Sequence record: OZ240615.1
Direction: 5' to 3' (one strand)
DNA: 64,000 nt
Of this stretch, positions 33,668 to 42,816 are shown piece by piece. The notes beneath the pieces are model-generated. The model was not told where the DNA came from, made no database searches, and saw only the letters and a program-made list of their open reading frames with translations. Both the position numbers and the translations under genes were made by a program. The first letter of the stretch is position 1; each line of letters starts with the position of its first letter.

Positions 33668-33815
33668 CCTTTACTCCGGAGATAGTTTCTAACTTCCAAT
33701 AGAGTTCTTTCCCTTCTCGCTTATCGGGATTAGGGAGTTTGCCCTTGCTCACTCGGATACGCACTGCAGCCTGAGAAATACCTAACATTTTAGCGACGTC
33801 TTTGATGTTTTTCAA
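33651..33815 (-). CDS. AlpA/excisionase-like HTH protein, TTG start (not in ORF track)
   Basis: Manual: MKNIKDVAKMLGISQAAVRIRVSKGKLPNPDKREGKELYWKLETISGVKDDVRA*; AAGGA SD 9 nt upstream. Confidence 0.7.
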   Translation of the reverse strand: MKNIKDVAKMLGISQAAVRIRVSKGKLPNPDKREGKELYWKLETISGVKDDVRA

Positions 33816-34257
33816 TGGGGTCAGTCCTTACAGAATTATCTTTAACAAAAGTGAAATCGAATCCTTCGATCGTTTCTATCTGAGCAATCCGACCGTAATC
33901 CGATTCGATGATTAAACTCTGGCTTCGCATAGCAAATCCAGAGAGGTCTGGAAATAGATTTCTGAAGCCGATGGCTTCTGGGGAAAGCGCGATGTCCGCA
34001 TATAACCACATAGCGCCAGTACTGACGTTATTGACGATTTCATAACCCACTAAGTACCCGGCACTTTCATTTCGCCGAAACGATTTTTCCCAATCGTCCA
34101 CCTGACAAAACGTCACGTAGCCAATACTTCCAAAGTTTAAGATGGATTGCATTTGCTTTTCCAGTTGATCTAACGTGATGTTATATTGATCATTGGAAAG
34201 ATTTATCGCTGGCGAATTGAAGGTCATTAATTCAATATTGCGGACAAACTCTGACAT
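33790..34257 (-). CDS. hypothetical protein
   Basis: ORF track; packing. Confidence 0.6.
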   Translation of the reverse strand: MSEFVRNIELMTFNSPAINLSNDQYNITLDQLEKQMQSILNFGSIGYVTFCQVDDWEKSFRRNESAGYLVGYEIVNNVSTGAMWLYADIALSPEAIGFRNLFPDLSGFAMRSQSLIIESDYGRIAQIETIEGFDFTFVKDNSVRTDPIEKHQRRR

Positions 34258-34275
34258 AGCACTTACCCCACGAAA

Positions 34276-34803
34276 CTAACCCCCGAAAGAATGGGAGGAA
34301 AACGAAGAATGCGACCGCGACGTTGAACCGAACCCTGAGCGAGTAACAGTCTTCACGCCCGATAAGCCGTTAGCAGTTCGGGTAGGAGAGAATTCTGTCC
34401 CTGTGCGAGAGCGAAAGGTTTCGCTATTCCTTGATCGATAGAAAGGCTGTGCGTAACTCCCCGTACCGCCATAGGAATAATAATGAGGGTAGGGGTAGAA
34501 GTGGGCGCCGCCATGGGACGTGTATTCACAACGATTCGCGTCGTTATCCTTTTCGCATTCTTCTTTGGTACGATATGACTTCCCTGTAACCTTTGCATTA
34601 TCAACCGCTGATTTATACGCATTGGTACAGTTCGAGGAATAATCGTTCAACGTCTTCTGACATTCAGAGATCGAGCCATAAGGACGATACGTGTCGTCAG
34701 AGACATCGCAACCTGATAAGAAAGCGCTGCTGATTATTATTCCGCCCGCGAGAATGATTCTTTTACGGAATCTCGCCTTAGCAATATTTTTTGTTCTTTT
34801 CAT
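34276..34803 (-). CDS. DUF1190 (YgiB/UPF0441)-like lipoprotein
   Basis: MKRTKNI..ARFRK N-terminus, lipobox LSGC, four spaced Cys, VTRSGFG and C-terminal SFGG mirror E. coli YgiB. Confidence 0.8.
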   Translation of the reverse strand: MKRTKNIAKARFRKRIILAGGIIISSAFLSGCDVSDDTYRPYGSISECQKTLNDYSSNCTNAYKSAVDNAKVTGKSYRTKEECEKDNDANRCEYTSHGGAHFYPYPHYYSYGGTGSYAQPFYRSRNSETFRSRTGTEFSPTRTANGLSGVKTVTRSGFGSTSRSHSSFSSHSFGG

Positions 34804-34881
34804 TACCCTTGCCTTAAAAGTAAATAATCAAATAAATTCAGCGGTATAAAAAAATAGACAGAGATAACCCCTGTCTACACC

Positions 34882-35274
34882 TTAATGACCCATTGCCGTA
34901 GGGGATTGGTTAGATGGTCTAGTAACAGACCATGCAAATCCACCACTACCCTTTTGTACTTTGATAACAATATCGGCAACAAATTTTGTTTTGTTAGTGA
35001 GCGCCCTTACGTCCAGCGTCAACCATAACTGACGGTTAGGTACTATTACCGGTTGTGGTTTCGAAGGGTGAGATAACAACGTCACAGTATCAAACGTCCC
35101 TGCTGAAGGTATCTCGGACAGTGAATCAGAAAAAAGTTTACCTACGCTTCTTTTCGTGATCGGACCAAATTGGTCCTCTACAAAGGTGAGTAAATCATCC
35201 TCAAGTTCCCCGATAAGCAAGACGATTTTATTTTCTTGCCACATGACCGCATTGAGCGCATCTTGACAATTCAT
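34882..35274 (-). CDS. hypothetical protein
   Basis: GAGGAG SD. Confidence 0.6.
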   Translation of the reverse strand: MNCQDALNAVMWQENKIVLLIGELEDDLLTFVEDQFGPITKRSVGKLFSDSLSEIPSAGTFDTVTLLSHPSKPQPVIVPNRQLWLTLDVRALTNKTKFVADIVIKVQKGSGGFAWSVTRPSNQSPTAMGH

Positions 35275-35720
35275 TTGGTTTCCTCCTCAAGTTGAGCCAA
35301 ACCACTTTTTCTTTCGGTGCGATCAAAACCATACACCGACAACTGGCCTCCATTTAATTCAAAGTGCGCGATAATGTCGGCCTTAAACAACGTCTTGGGC
35401 GGAAAGGAATAATCCTGATAGAACCCTTTCGCAAACGAGCCCTCGGAGAGAAATAGGACAGACTCCTCACGCCCACCTATTGCCGGGAAGATTCGATTCA
35501 GTTGTTTTGTCGCGCCAATAAACCGTTCAACTGGCTTGTAGTAAATGGCCATGTCAAAGCTCATGTGCCGTTCGATAATGATATTTCTGCGGTCACTGGG
35601 AATGTTTTCAATTCCCAATTCCGCCAACCCCATCGCCAGTGCTTTTTCACTGTTACCAGTAATCAAAACAAACTTACCCTTGGCCGGAACCACTAAAGCT
35701 TTCAGTGTTTCAATGTTCAT
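35271..35720 (-). CDS. hypothetical protein
   Basis: GAGGAG SD. Confidence 0.65.
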   Translation of the reverse strand: MNIETLKALVVPAKGKFVLITGNSEKALAMGLAELGIENIPSDRRNIIIERHMSFDMAIYYKPVERFIGATKQLNRIFPAIGGREESVLFLSEGSFAKGFYQDYSFPPKTLFKADIIAHFELNGGQLSVYGFDRTERKSGLAQLEEETK

Positions 35721-35747
35721 GTTATTTCTCCTCTATTGAAAAATATA

Positions 35748-35769
35748 AGTAGGGGAAAATTCCCCTACT
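35748..35769 (-). terminator. Intrinsic terminator
   Basis: AGTAGGGGA-AAAT-TCCCCTACT. Confidence 0.6.
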
Positions 35770-35772
35770 GTT

Positions 35773-36072
35773 TTATTTACGATATGCTTTTGTACTACCG
35801 TCGGTCTTTTGGTCGTACTTGTTCCCAGAAGGGCAATACGGATCACGGGCGGCGTAACTACCTCCTAAGACAGGCGTAATACTTTTCCCTTCTACGTAAA
35901 AATATTCACAACCTGTCGCATGATCCACGATGATTCGCAGATAACCATCATCCATAGATTTCTTTTCGAATCGCCCACTGTAGTCGCCGTTAGGGTCATC
36001 CCAAACCGTAATTGAATCAGCCAATGCGCTATGAGACAAGAACAGAAACGCAACAAGAAATAGTTTATACAT
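35773..36072 (-). CDS. small exported protein
   Basis: Signal peptide ending ALA; IIVDHATGCEY motif. Confidence 0.65.
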   Translation of the reverse strand: MYKLFLVAFLFLSHSALADSITVWDDPNGDYSGRFEKKSMDDGYLRIIVDHATGCEYFYVEGKSITPVLGGSYAARDPYCPSGNKYDQKTDGSTKAYRK

Positions 36073-36520
36073 CTAACACCACCCCCGAAGCACTGAATTT
36101 ATTTCGCCAGACAAACAGGGAAACTCCCTTTTCACTACGTTTGGCTTCTAACCAGACATCGGGTAAGATTTTTATTCTATCTCCCGCACCGCCAGTCGAA
36201 AGCCATAGCTTCTTCCCGCCGGTTTCAGCCGATAACCCGATGGCCAAGGCGACGTCGTGAACCGAATCAATGTAGTTGTTGAGCGGTTCTGTTACTTTAT
36301 TTTCACCTAACCGGTTTTCCCAGTACGTAATGGCGTCAACCTCACCGTCGGAGGTTTTTGTAACATTACGCTGTAACAGAGCCACTTGAGCAACGTTGGT
36401 CACCTTATTACTGAATAATATATCGACCGTCGAAAGTAATAGATCCTCATCAGCAGCGGTGAGTAATAAACTGGATTTTTCTTGGGTGGTGAAGTTTTTG
36501 ATAATACTTTCGATATTCAT
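36065..36520 (-). CDS. hypothetical protein
   Basis: ORF track; packing. Confidence 0.6.
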   Translation of the reverse strand: MNIESIIKNFTTQEKSSLLLTAADEDLLLSTVDILFSNKVTNVAQVALLQRNVTKTSDGEVDAITYWENRLGENKVTEPLNNYIDSVHDVALAIGLSAETGGKKLWLSTGGAGDRIKILPDVWLEAKRSEKGVSLFVWRNKFSASGVVLDV

Positions 36521-36969
36521 TTTTTATTCTCCAGATACTCTTCGACGTCTTCGACGACTAACGTTTCTCGGTGGGCAATTTCTTCTGCTGACATACCCAT
36601 TTTAAAACAATTATCGATTGCATTAAAGTTGGTAAAGACGCCTTGTAAATTAAGGTCGATGACAGCATCTGTTAAAATTACGTCTAAGAAATCGTCACTT
36701 AAACCAGCCGCCGTTAGCGCAATTTCGCCCAGTACCCTTGGACCTTTTAACCGCTCTCTAATTTCGTTTATACCAGAAAGCGCATCGTTCACTAAAGCCC
36801 CAGGTGATTTATTTTGCAAATCAGTAAGAATTTTAACTGTCTCGGATTTAAATTCGCCGACCATTTCTGAATGGATTTCTTTTACTTCAGCGACTTTCTC
36901 CGGCGTTAGTCTTCTCACTATTGCTTTTTGGGCTTCCTCGATAATCACCACATCGATATCTTTATCCAT
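36517..36969 (-). CDS. protein with C-terminal HTH-like motif
   Basis: KMGMSAEEIAHRETLVVEDVEEYL. Confidence 0.55.
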   Translation of the reverse strand: MDKDIDVVIIEEAQKAIVRRLTPEKVAEVKEIHSEMVGEFKSETVKILTDLQNKSPGALVNDALSGINEIRERLKGPRVLGEIALTAAGLSDDFLDVILTDAVIDLNLQGVFTNFNAIDNCFKMGMSAEEIAHRETLVVEDVEEYLENKK

Positions 36970-36970
36970 C

Positions 36971-37555
36971 TCAGAATCCTTTCGTCGAATTCATTAACGT
37001 AAGACTCGGCATGTTAAAATGCCGATCCGATTGAATCTGTGCCGCCAACGAGGTAATAGTTTTAGCCCGTAAAAGATCCCACTGCCCACCTATTGAAACA
37101 ATTACACCAGCGTCCTGGTTTTCCCCGACCAAAAATGTCGTGTAAGAAAGTACAGAGCGTGTTTTCGCAATGAGGTTCTTCTGCTGTTCTTCGGGGATGG
37201 GTTGACCTATCTCCTGATGCGCGCTGATGAGATCGAGGACATCTTGTTCGCAGTAAACCGGGAACAACTGATCTTGCCCAGGGATACGTTTGCACCGCTG
37301 ATAATAACGCGTCAGTGTAGGGAGAAAGGAAAAACGTTCTACAGTATTATCGTCTACCGTCACCTTTTCTAAGAACTCACTCTCTAAGCGAGTGTAGCGG
37401 TCATTTCTCCGGTTTATAGACGAGTAAAGAACTACCTGTTCGCCATCCGTTAAATTGTCGGCAGAGACAACGAGATCATCGACGATATAAACTCCGCCTT
37501 TGTAATGACGGAAAATATCCCACTGACGTACTTCACGTTTTACTGAGCTATACAT
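36971..37555 (-). CDS. DUF1653-domain protein
   Basis: FRHYKGGVY...VVLY...YTR..SEF.EKV. Confidence 0.7.
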   Translation of the reverse strand: MYSSVKREVRQWDIFRHYKGGVYIVDDLVVSADNLTDGEQVVLYSSINRRNDRYTRLESEFLEKVTVDDNTVERFSFLPTLTRYYQRCKRIPGQDQLFPVYCEQDVLDLISAHQEIGQPIPEEQQKNLIAKTRSVLSYTTFLVGENQDAGVIVSIGGQWDLLRAKTITSLAAQIQSDRHFNMPSLTLMNSTKGF

Positions 37556-37627
37556 TTTATTAACCTCTTTCGTTGTAACGAGCGACTTTACCCGTCCGTT
37601 AGTGGACGGGTAAAGTCGGGTACGGTA

Positions 37628-38269
37628 CTACTCCGCAATTTCGAAGTTGATCCCTTGCTGGATAGAGTGAATGGTTTCCTCGTAAGTCTCAGCCAAAGGT
37701 CTGCGAGAAGAGTTGAAGGAAAAAGACCGTTCTTCGTTAAAATGATACAGTTGGTCTTCGCCCGTATCAAAATAAAGAACAACGCCGTCTTTAACGAAAT
37801 AACGTTCTTCAAGTCCTTGACGCGGGTAAAGAAATTCACGCCAATTCGGCTCACGAACATAACCTTTCAGTGCCGCTAAATTATCGAGTGAAATGTCAGT
37901 AATCCCCCATTGTATTTCTGGGCGAGGGTCACTGTACCCCAAATCGACGAAGAACTGAATGAAATCGTTCACTGTAACATTTGGCTCAACGCCGTCGAAG
38001 TGAGACGAGACAAACGAGAGAACACCGTCTTTAACTACCGCGACCATATCTCTCGGTTTAGTGACTATCGTCGCCGACTCTAATTCCAATATCGATTTTA
38101 CTCCCAAAAGGAGTTCGCCTGTTACTTCAGATTCATTGATCGCTAAGAATTCCAAAAGGCCCGCGATATAGCCCTTTTCTTTTAAACGATCAAACTCGAA
38201 AATAAGAGTGTGATTACCTTCAGTTAATCCGAATTTTACGCTCTCTTCTTTCAGGACAAACTTACCCAT
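37628..38269 (-). CDS. hypothetical protein
   Basis: ORF track; packing. Confidence 0.6.
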   Translation of the reverse strand: MGKFVLKEESVKFGLTEGNHTLIFEFDRLKEKGYIAGLLEFLAINESEVTGELLLGVKSILELESATIVTKPRDMVAVVKDGVLSFVSSHFDGVEPNVTVNDFIQFFVDLGYSDPRPEIQWGITDISLDNLAALKGYVREPNWREFLYPRQGLEERYFVKDGVVLYFDTGEDQLYHFNEERSFSFNSSRRPLAETYEETIHSIQQGINFEIAE

Positions 38270-38272
38270 TTT

Positions 38273-38692
38273 TTATTCTCCGGTAGTGTTTCTGTTAGGG
38301 TCGAAAAAGCTCACAGTTTCTGAAACAGGTTTATCGAGCGTTCCTTTTAAAACGCGCATGGCATTATAGTTGATCAGGTTTGCGACCGCTTCTGCTAAAA
38401 TGGGCGATTTTAAATCAAGTTCTAAACCGATCCCCCCAGAGTGTCTAACTAGAACAGTAGAATCGCCAAAGCCACAAGCGTTCACTGCGCTGTATTGAAC
38501 GTAGTACGTTCCTGAATATTCCTCTTCCGATCCTTTCAATTTTTGGTCGACGAAGAAACCAAAAGGTAAGAAAGTATTTTCGATTCTTTCGAGTATTTTT
38601 TGTTCTTCTTCTGAAAGAATACCTTGAATAAAATCATTAATGGATGGATTGTCTAAAACTTTGTTTGTGATTTTCACTTCTTCTGCTTTCAC
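38273..38692 (-). CDS. hypothetical protein (GTG start)
   Basis: AAGGA SD. Confidence 0.6.
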   Translation of the reverse strand: MKAEEVKITNKVLDNPSINDFIQGILSEEEQKILERIENTFLPFGFFVDQKLKGSEEEYSGTYYVQYSAVNACGFGDSTVLVRHSGGIGLELDLKSPILAEAVANLINYNAMRVLKGTLDKPVSETVSFFDPNRNTTGE

Positions 38693-38783
38693 GTTACAGT
38701 CCTTAATTACTTGAGTTCAATTTCGAAAGCTTCTTTTATACGCACCTTCGCTGTACACTACTTTGTATCTTCAAATTAAAGCT

Positions 38784-39308
38784 TTACCATTCTAATTTTG
38801 TTTTACGTAAAGTCCAAAAGTCGGGGTAAACTTCCAATAACATGACCCTAACATTTTTTGGTGACAATTCACGAGCGGCGTTGGATTTTATTTTGAATGG
38901 GTGTACCAGATTAAAATCAGGGTTTTCTCCCGGATTAAATACTCTGATCTTTTTTACTAACTTCATCTCTAAAGGTTTAACTATCCATATTTCTTCCGTA
39001 AAATGGGCATCCCAAACATATTTCCTTTGAGTCAGAATTTTAGTGGGTATGAAATCTTCTCTCTTTAATTTTTTCGCTGGGGTATAGACAAAAAAGTCCA
39101 TGTACGGATAGTTTTTTTCTTCGAAAAAAGAAGAGACATTAGGATATACAGAATCGAAGCACTTCTCCTCAGTCGGAGCTAATGAAATACGCGGAATATT
39201 CGGTTCAGGGTATTTTGCATCTTTTGATCCTTTCAGTTCCATGCCATCTGGTAGCTTAGGTTTCCATAAACCCGCTAAATCACTTTTGAAACTAATGTGC
39301 AGGTACAT
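38784..39308 (-). CDS. conserved jumbo-phage hypothetical protein, possibly ADP-ribosyltransferase-like fold
   Basis: HIS ... PRISLAPT ... WDAHFTEEIW pattern. Confidence 0.45.
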   Translation of the reverse strand: MYLHISFKSDLAGLWKPKLPDGMELKGSKDAKYPEPNIPRISLAPTEEKCFDSVYPNVSSFFEEKNYPYMDFFVYTPAKKLKREDFIPTKILTQRKYVWDAHFTEEIWIVKPLEMKLVKKIRVFNPGENPDFNLVHPFKIKSNAARELSPKNVRVMLLEVYPDFWTLRKTKLEW

Positions 39309-39324
39309 TAAACCCCCAAAAAAG

Positions 39325-39348
39325 AAAAGGGGCGCATTCGCCCCTTTT
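39325..39348 (-). terminator. Intrinsic terminator
   Basis: AAAAGGGGCG-CATT-CGCCCCTTTT. Confidence 0.7.
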
Positions 39349-39352
39349 ATAA

Positions 39353-40894
39353 TTAATAACCGAGAACTTTGTTCAGCTGCTCGATCGCCAAACCCAGCGC
39401 TGCCTGGGCATCAATCTGCGCATCTATCGCCTTCTGCGTTGCCGCAAACTGAAGGACGATCTCGTCGCGAAGCGGCTTGATCGCAGCGATCAACGCTTCA
39501 TTACGTTCCTTCTGCTCCAGCTCTGCCGCTACCCGTTCGAGTTCCAGAATTTGTTTACGAACATCCACGGAACTAGTCGGTGCCGGTAATTGCTCTTTGA
39601 GCTCGATCGGTGTGATAGGGTCTGGTACCGCAGAGAGCATTTCAGGGAGCGTTGCTAAATTTACCGGTTTAGACTCCAGTTGCGCGGTACGATTAGGGTA
39701 TTGAGAAGTATTGGATTTGACGTCAGTCGTTTTCTTCTCTAACGCTTCCATTACCGCCTGCGCTATCGCAGTAGTAGGTTCTTCGCCACACGTTCTCACT
39801 ATTTCCTCCCCGCTCGGTTTCCCTTCATCAATAGCGACCCAGCTCACTACCTTTTCCTTTGCATTGGCGTTAGGGTGAGCATCATCGTAGATTCTGATTT
39901 TGCCCTCGGTCAATAACGGATTTAGGATATCGTAACGGTCTTGGGAGCTCAATGCTCCGTCGAGGCCGATGTAGTTCCACACCCGGAAGAGAGGCAACGG
40001 TTTTCCTAAATTGGTCAAAAGCTCAATGACCAAAGTACCTACTGCACGCGGATCAATTTTACGCTCTTCTATTTTAGGCGTAACATTTTTAATGTCTGAG
40101 ACCGAAGGGATAGGATCTAACGTGAGCGCAGGCGCCGCATGATCGAAACGTTGCTCAGAGGTAGGTAGCGGTTTGCAGAAGTCACCATGCACAAAACGAC
40201 CCACTGGATAACGGATGTTTTCGCCTTCCGGGAACTGCTCTTTGACCCCTTCGTATTTCTTCAGGTAGTTCAGTACGTCAGAGCGCGCTTGACCCTTCAA
40301 GTATTTATACTCCACCAAAGCGTTGTCGAGTTCAGTGCGCGTAAAGCCTTCTTTATTAGTTAAAAGAAGTGCTTTGATTTTAACCGCCGCATTAATTAAC
40401 TTCCCTTCTTTGAGGTGCATTTTGCGTAACTCGTCGTAGTCGACAAGTTTCTTTTCTTCACCAAGGAAAACGATTTCTTCTTTATTTACTGGTGTTTCAG
40501 TGCTCATAGCGGGTTTATCCATGACGGGGACAATACGGTTTATCAATGTGCGTTTGCGAGTCACGAGCGTCTGTTTCCCCGGAGCTGCAATGTGGACTAC
40601 CTCTCCGGAGAGTTGATGTTGCGGTGGCTGCGCGACCACGTTAATCGGGGCTGAGTGCATTTTGTGACGCAGGTGCGGAGAGCCAACGACGCCTTTCCGC
40701 GTTATCGGGGTGACAACGATACGATCTTTTGTAATCACGTAATCCAGTAACAACCCTAGCTCTTTCTTGTTCAGCGTACGGAGGGAGGGGATTTTCGTTT
40801 GGAGAAGGTCGTAGGTCATTCCGTCGGGAATACGCTCCAGAAAGCGACTCAGTTCGTTATACGGTAAGTAAAGTTTTTCTTGTAAACGGGCCAT
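39353..40894 (-). CDS. large protein with C-terminal coiled coil (start revised to MARLQE)
   Basis: AAGGAG SD before ATG at 40894; heptad-rich C-terminus. Confidence 0.65.
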   Translation of the reverse strand: MARLQEKLYLPYNELSRFLERIPDGMTYDLLQTKIPSLRTLNKKELGLLLDYVITKDRIVVTPITRKGVVGSPHLRHKMHSAPINVVAQPPQHQLSGEVVHIAAPGKQTLVTRKRTLINRIVPVMDKPAMSTETPVNKEEIVFLGEEKKLVDYDELRKMHLKEGKLINAAVKIKALLLTNKEGFTRTELDNALVEYKYLKGQARSDVLNYLKKYEGVKEQFPEGENIRYPVGRFVHGDFCKPLPTSEQRFDHAAPALTLDPIPSVSDIKNVTPKIEERKIDPRAVGTLVIELLTNLGKPLPLFRVWNYIGLDGALSSQDRYDILNPLLTEGKIRIYDDAHPNANAKEKVVSWVAIDEGKPSGEEIVRTCGEEPTTAIAQAVMEALEKKTTDVKSNTSQYPNRTAQLESKPVNLATLPEMLSAVPDPITPIELKEQLPAPTSSVDVRKQILELERVAAELEQKERNEALIAAIKPLRDEIVLQFAATQKAIDAQIDAQAALGLAIEQLNKVLGY

Positions 40895-40980
40895 GTGATT
40901 ACTCCTTGTGTATTGGCGGAAAGATATTTCATAAGAGAAACCGACGAGTGGAATCGAATTTGATTCATCTGTCAATATTA

Positions 40981-41008
40981 CATTCTGGTGATATATACAT
41001 CAAAAATT
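40981..41008 (-). promoter_or_regulatory. Putative phage early promoter, copy 6
   Basis: Minus strand TTTGATGTATATATCACCAGAATG. Confidence 0.7.
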
Positions 41009-41016
41009 ATGCATAA

Positions 41017-41046
41017 TTCCTTACAGCGCCTGAACGCTGTAAGGAA
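41017..41046 (-). terminator. Terminator after the NAMPT-like gene
   Basis: TTCCTTACAGCG-CCTGAA-CGCTGTAAGGAA. Confidence 0.7.
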
Positions 41047-41058
41047 AGTTTTATGCTA

Positions 41059-42816
41059 TCAAATCCATTGTGCCGCACGATCACGGAGAGTACGGATACT
41101 TTCCAGAATCTTTACGTCGCCGTTCAGGTAGACTGTGCGCATCGCGTCTCGCTCACTTCCGCGCAACGTTTCGTACTGCTCCCGAGTCAGATCGTCTTTC
41201 AGTGTTAACGTTCCGTCGTCTTCACGATAGACAATCAGATACCCTTTTGCTGACTTCTTAGTACCATCGTCAGTTTTAGGGTTCTTCGCGATGTTGTAGT
41301 GTTTACCGTTGACTTTCCCAGCAGTCGCCTTCATGGCGATACCCAGAGTGTCACGAGTCACGAATTGGAACTCGAAACTCCCTACGCCAAAGACAACGTT
41401 AGAACTACAGAACCCATTCGCTTTCAAACGAGAAAGGATCCGTGTCATGGTGTTGATGTTGATCGCATCGCCATAGATCAAACCGACGTGCGGATCCAGT
41501 TCTTTATACCCAGCGGCATTTGTGGTTCCGCCGAAGATTTCCCAGAGTATCTGTACTGCACCCTTCTGCTCTTCGATAGAAATAGGTTTCCCTGTTTTAG
41601 TCGAATAGAATTGACCATCAACACAGAAAGATTCGAAATTACCAGACGTAGCATTTTGAATCGCGACAAATTTCGTAGCATCTAAAGCAGAAGCTCCCCC
41701 TAAAACGGTCATCTCTTGGGAATTGTGATTATCGCCGTCCCAGGTGTATCCACAAAGGATATGGTACGGATTCCCGGAATCCGGGCGATACACCAGTTTA
41801 CCATCGCGCGCCATAATCGCATCTTTGTTTGCAATGGCCTTGGTGGTGATGGTGTCAAAGAAGTCATTCGTATCACTGACGAAGCTGAAAACACCAGAAG
41901 GGTAAACTTCCGTGATCAGGCGTCGTTGGAATAATTCCTCCGCCTTCGAGAGTAACTCCGCTTCTGTGACATTAGCATATTCAGGGGTCGCCTTCAGTTC
42001 CTCTGCGTAAACCGCAATATTCAGACAGGTTACGCTGTGTTCTGTGGCTGGAACACTACCAGCGATTTCCGAGACCGATACGTCGCCTTCCGGATTATAG
42101 AAGCGATTCGCGGTCCAGACAGAAGGGAAGCTATCACTCCCTTTGAAATAGATCAACTGACCTACCGAGCTGTTCGCATCGTCAAACATCCCCGACATTC
42201 CACGTAACGCGAAGTTATGCGCCTGGTAGTCAATGAACGCTTGCGCCGCCCCTGTCTCGTTAGCGTACTGCTCCAGTACACGGCGGAAGTGTAACGCTTT
42301 CGTTGCCAGTACGCACGGTTTCCAGAGTTCGTTACTCCAGAGGTCTTCGAAGTAACCGGTCAGCCACCCAAAGCCGTCGACAGTGTTTTCAATCGTCAGG
42401 AATGGAACACGAATAGGGACTAATGACCCCTCCGGTACCGCACGAATTTCGAGCGGGATATAGCCCAGTTCGTGCAGCTCTTTCAGATGCGCCGATTTCA
42501 CCACGCCTTTACCCAGAACCCCGTCCATGTATTCGAGGTATTCAGCCTCTACCTGATTAAACGGCGTTTTGAAGAAGTTATCAAAACTCCCTACCAGCCA
42601 GCGGAGCACTAAACGCTGCAGACCCATGAATACCGAACCGTCAAAGTCCAGTGGGGTATTGAAGTACGTGTGACTTCTGGCCGTCAGGTTTTCAAAGAAG
42701 CTGTCGGTACCCAGCGGTTGTTGGTTGATGTGCCCGGTTTTATAGGCGTCACAGAGCAGGAATACCAGCGGATCTTCGGTATAGAATTTTGGGTCTTTCA
42801 GTAAAGGATTGGTCAT
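41059..42816 (-). CDS. nadV: nicotinamide phosphoribosyltransferase family (NadV-like; candidate Namat of NARP1)
   Basis: DAYKTGH, PATEHSV, VSDT, RPDSG, LIYGDAI, FGVGS, TRDT, KNPKTD...KKSAKG. Confidence 0.9.
   Translation of the reverse strand: MTNPLLKDPKFYTEDPLVFLLCDAYKTGHINQQPLGTDSFFENLTARSHTYFNTPLDFDGSVFMGLQRLVLRWLVGSFDNFFKTPFNQVEAEYLEYMDGVLGKGVVKSAHLKELHELGYIPLEIRAVPEGSLVPIRVPFLTIENTVDGFGWLTGYFEDLWSNELWKPCVLATKALHFRRVLEQYANETGAAQAFIDYQAHNFALRGMSGMFDDANSSVGQLIYFKGSDSFPSVWTANRFYNPEGDVSVSEIAGSVPATEHSVTCLNIAVYAEELKATPEYANVTEAELLSKAEELFQRRLITEVYPSGVFSFVSDTNDFFDTITTKAIANKDAIMARDGKLVYRPDSGNPYHILCGYTWDGDNHNSQEMTVLGGASALDATKFVAIQNATSGNFESFCVDGQFYSTKTGKPISIEEQKGAVQILWEIFGGTTNAAGYKELDPHVGLIYGDAININTMTRILSRLKANGFCSSNVVFGVGSFEFQFVTRDTLGIAMKATAGKVNGKHYNIAKNPKTDDGTKKSAKGYLIVYREDDGTLTLKDDLTREQYETLRGSERDAMRTVYLNGDVKILESIRTLRDRAAQWI

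Noticed and set aside
33651-33815. Prophage or integrative element implied by the AlpA-like gene
   Set aside because: No integrase, att-like repeats or repressor nearby; the context is lytic jumbo-phage genes.
36482-36997. 171-aa plus-strand ORF
   Set aside because: Antisense to 36517..36969; Ser-rich, no independent signals.
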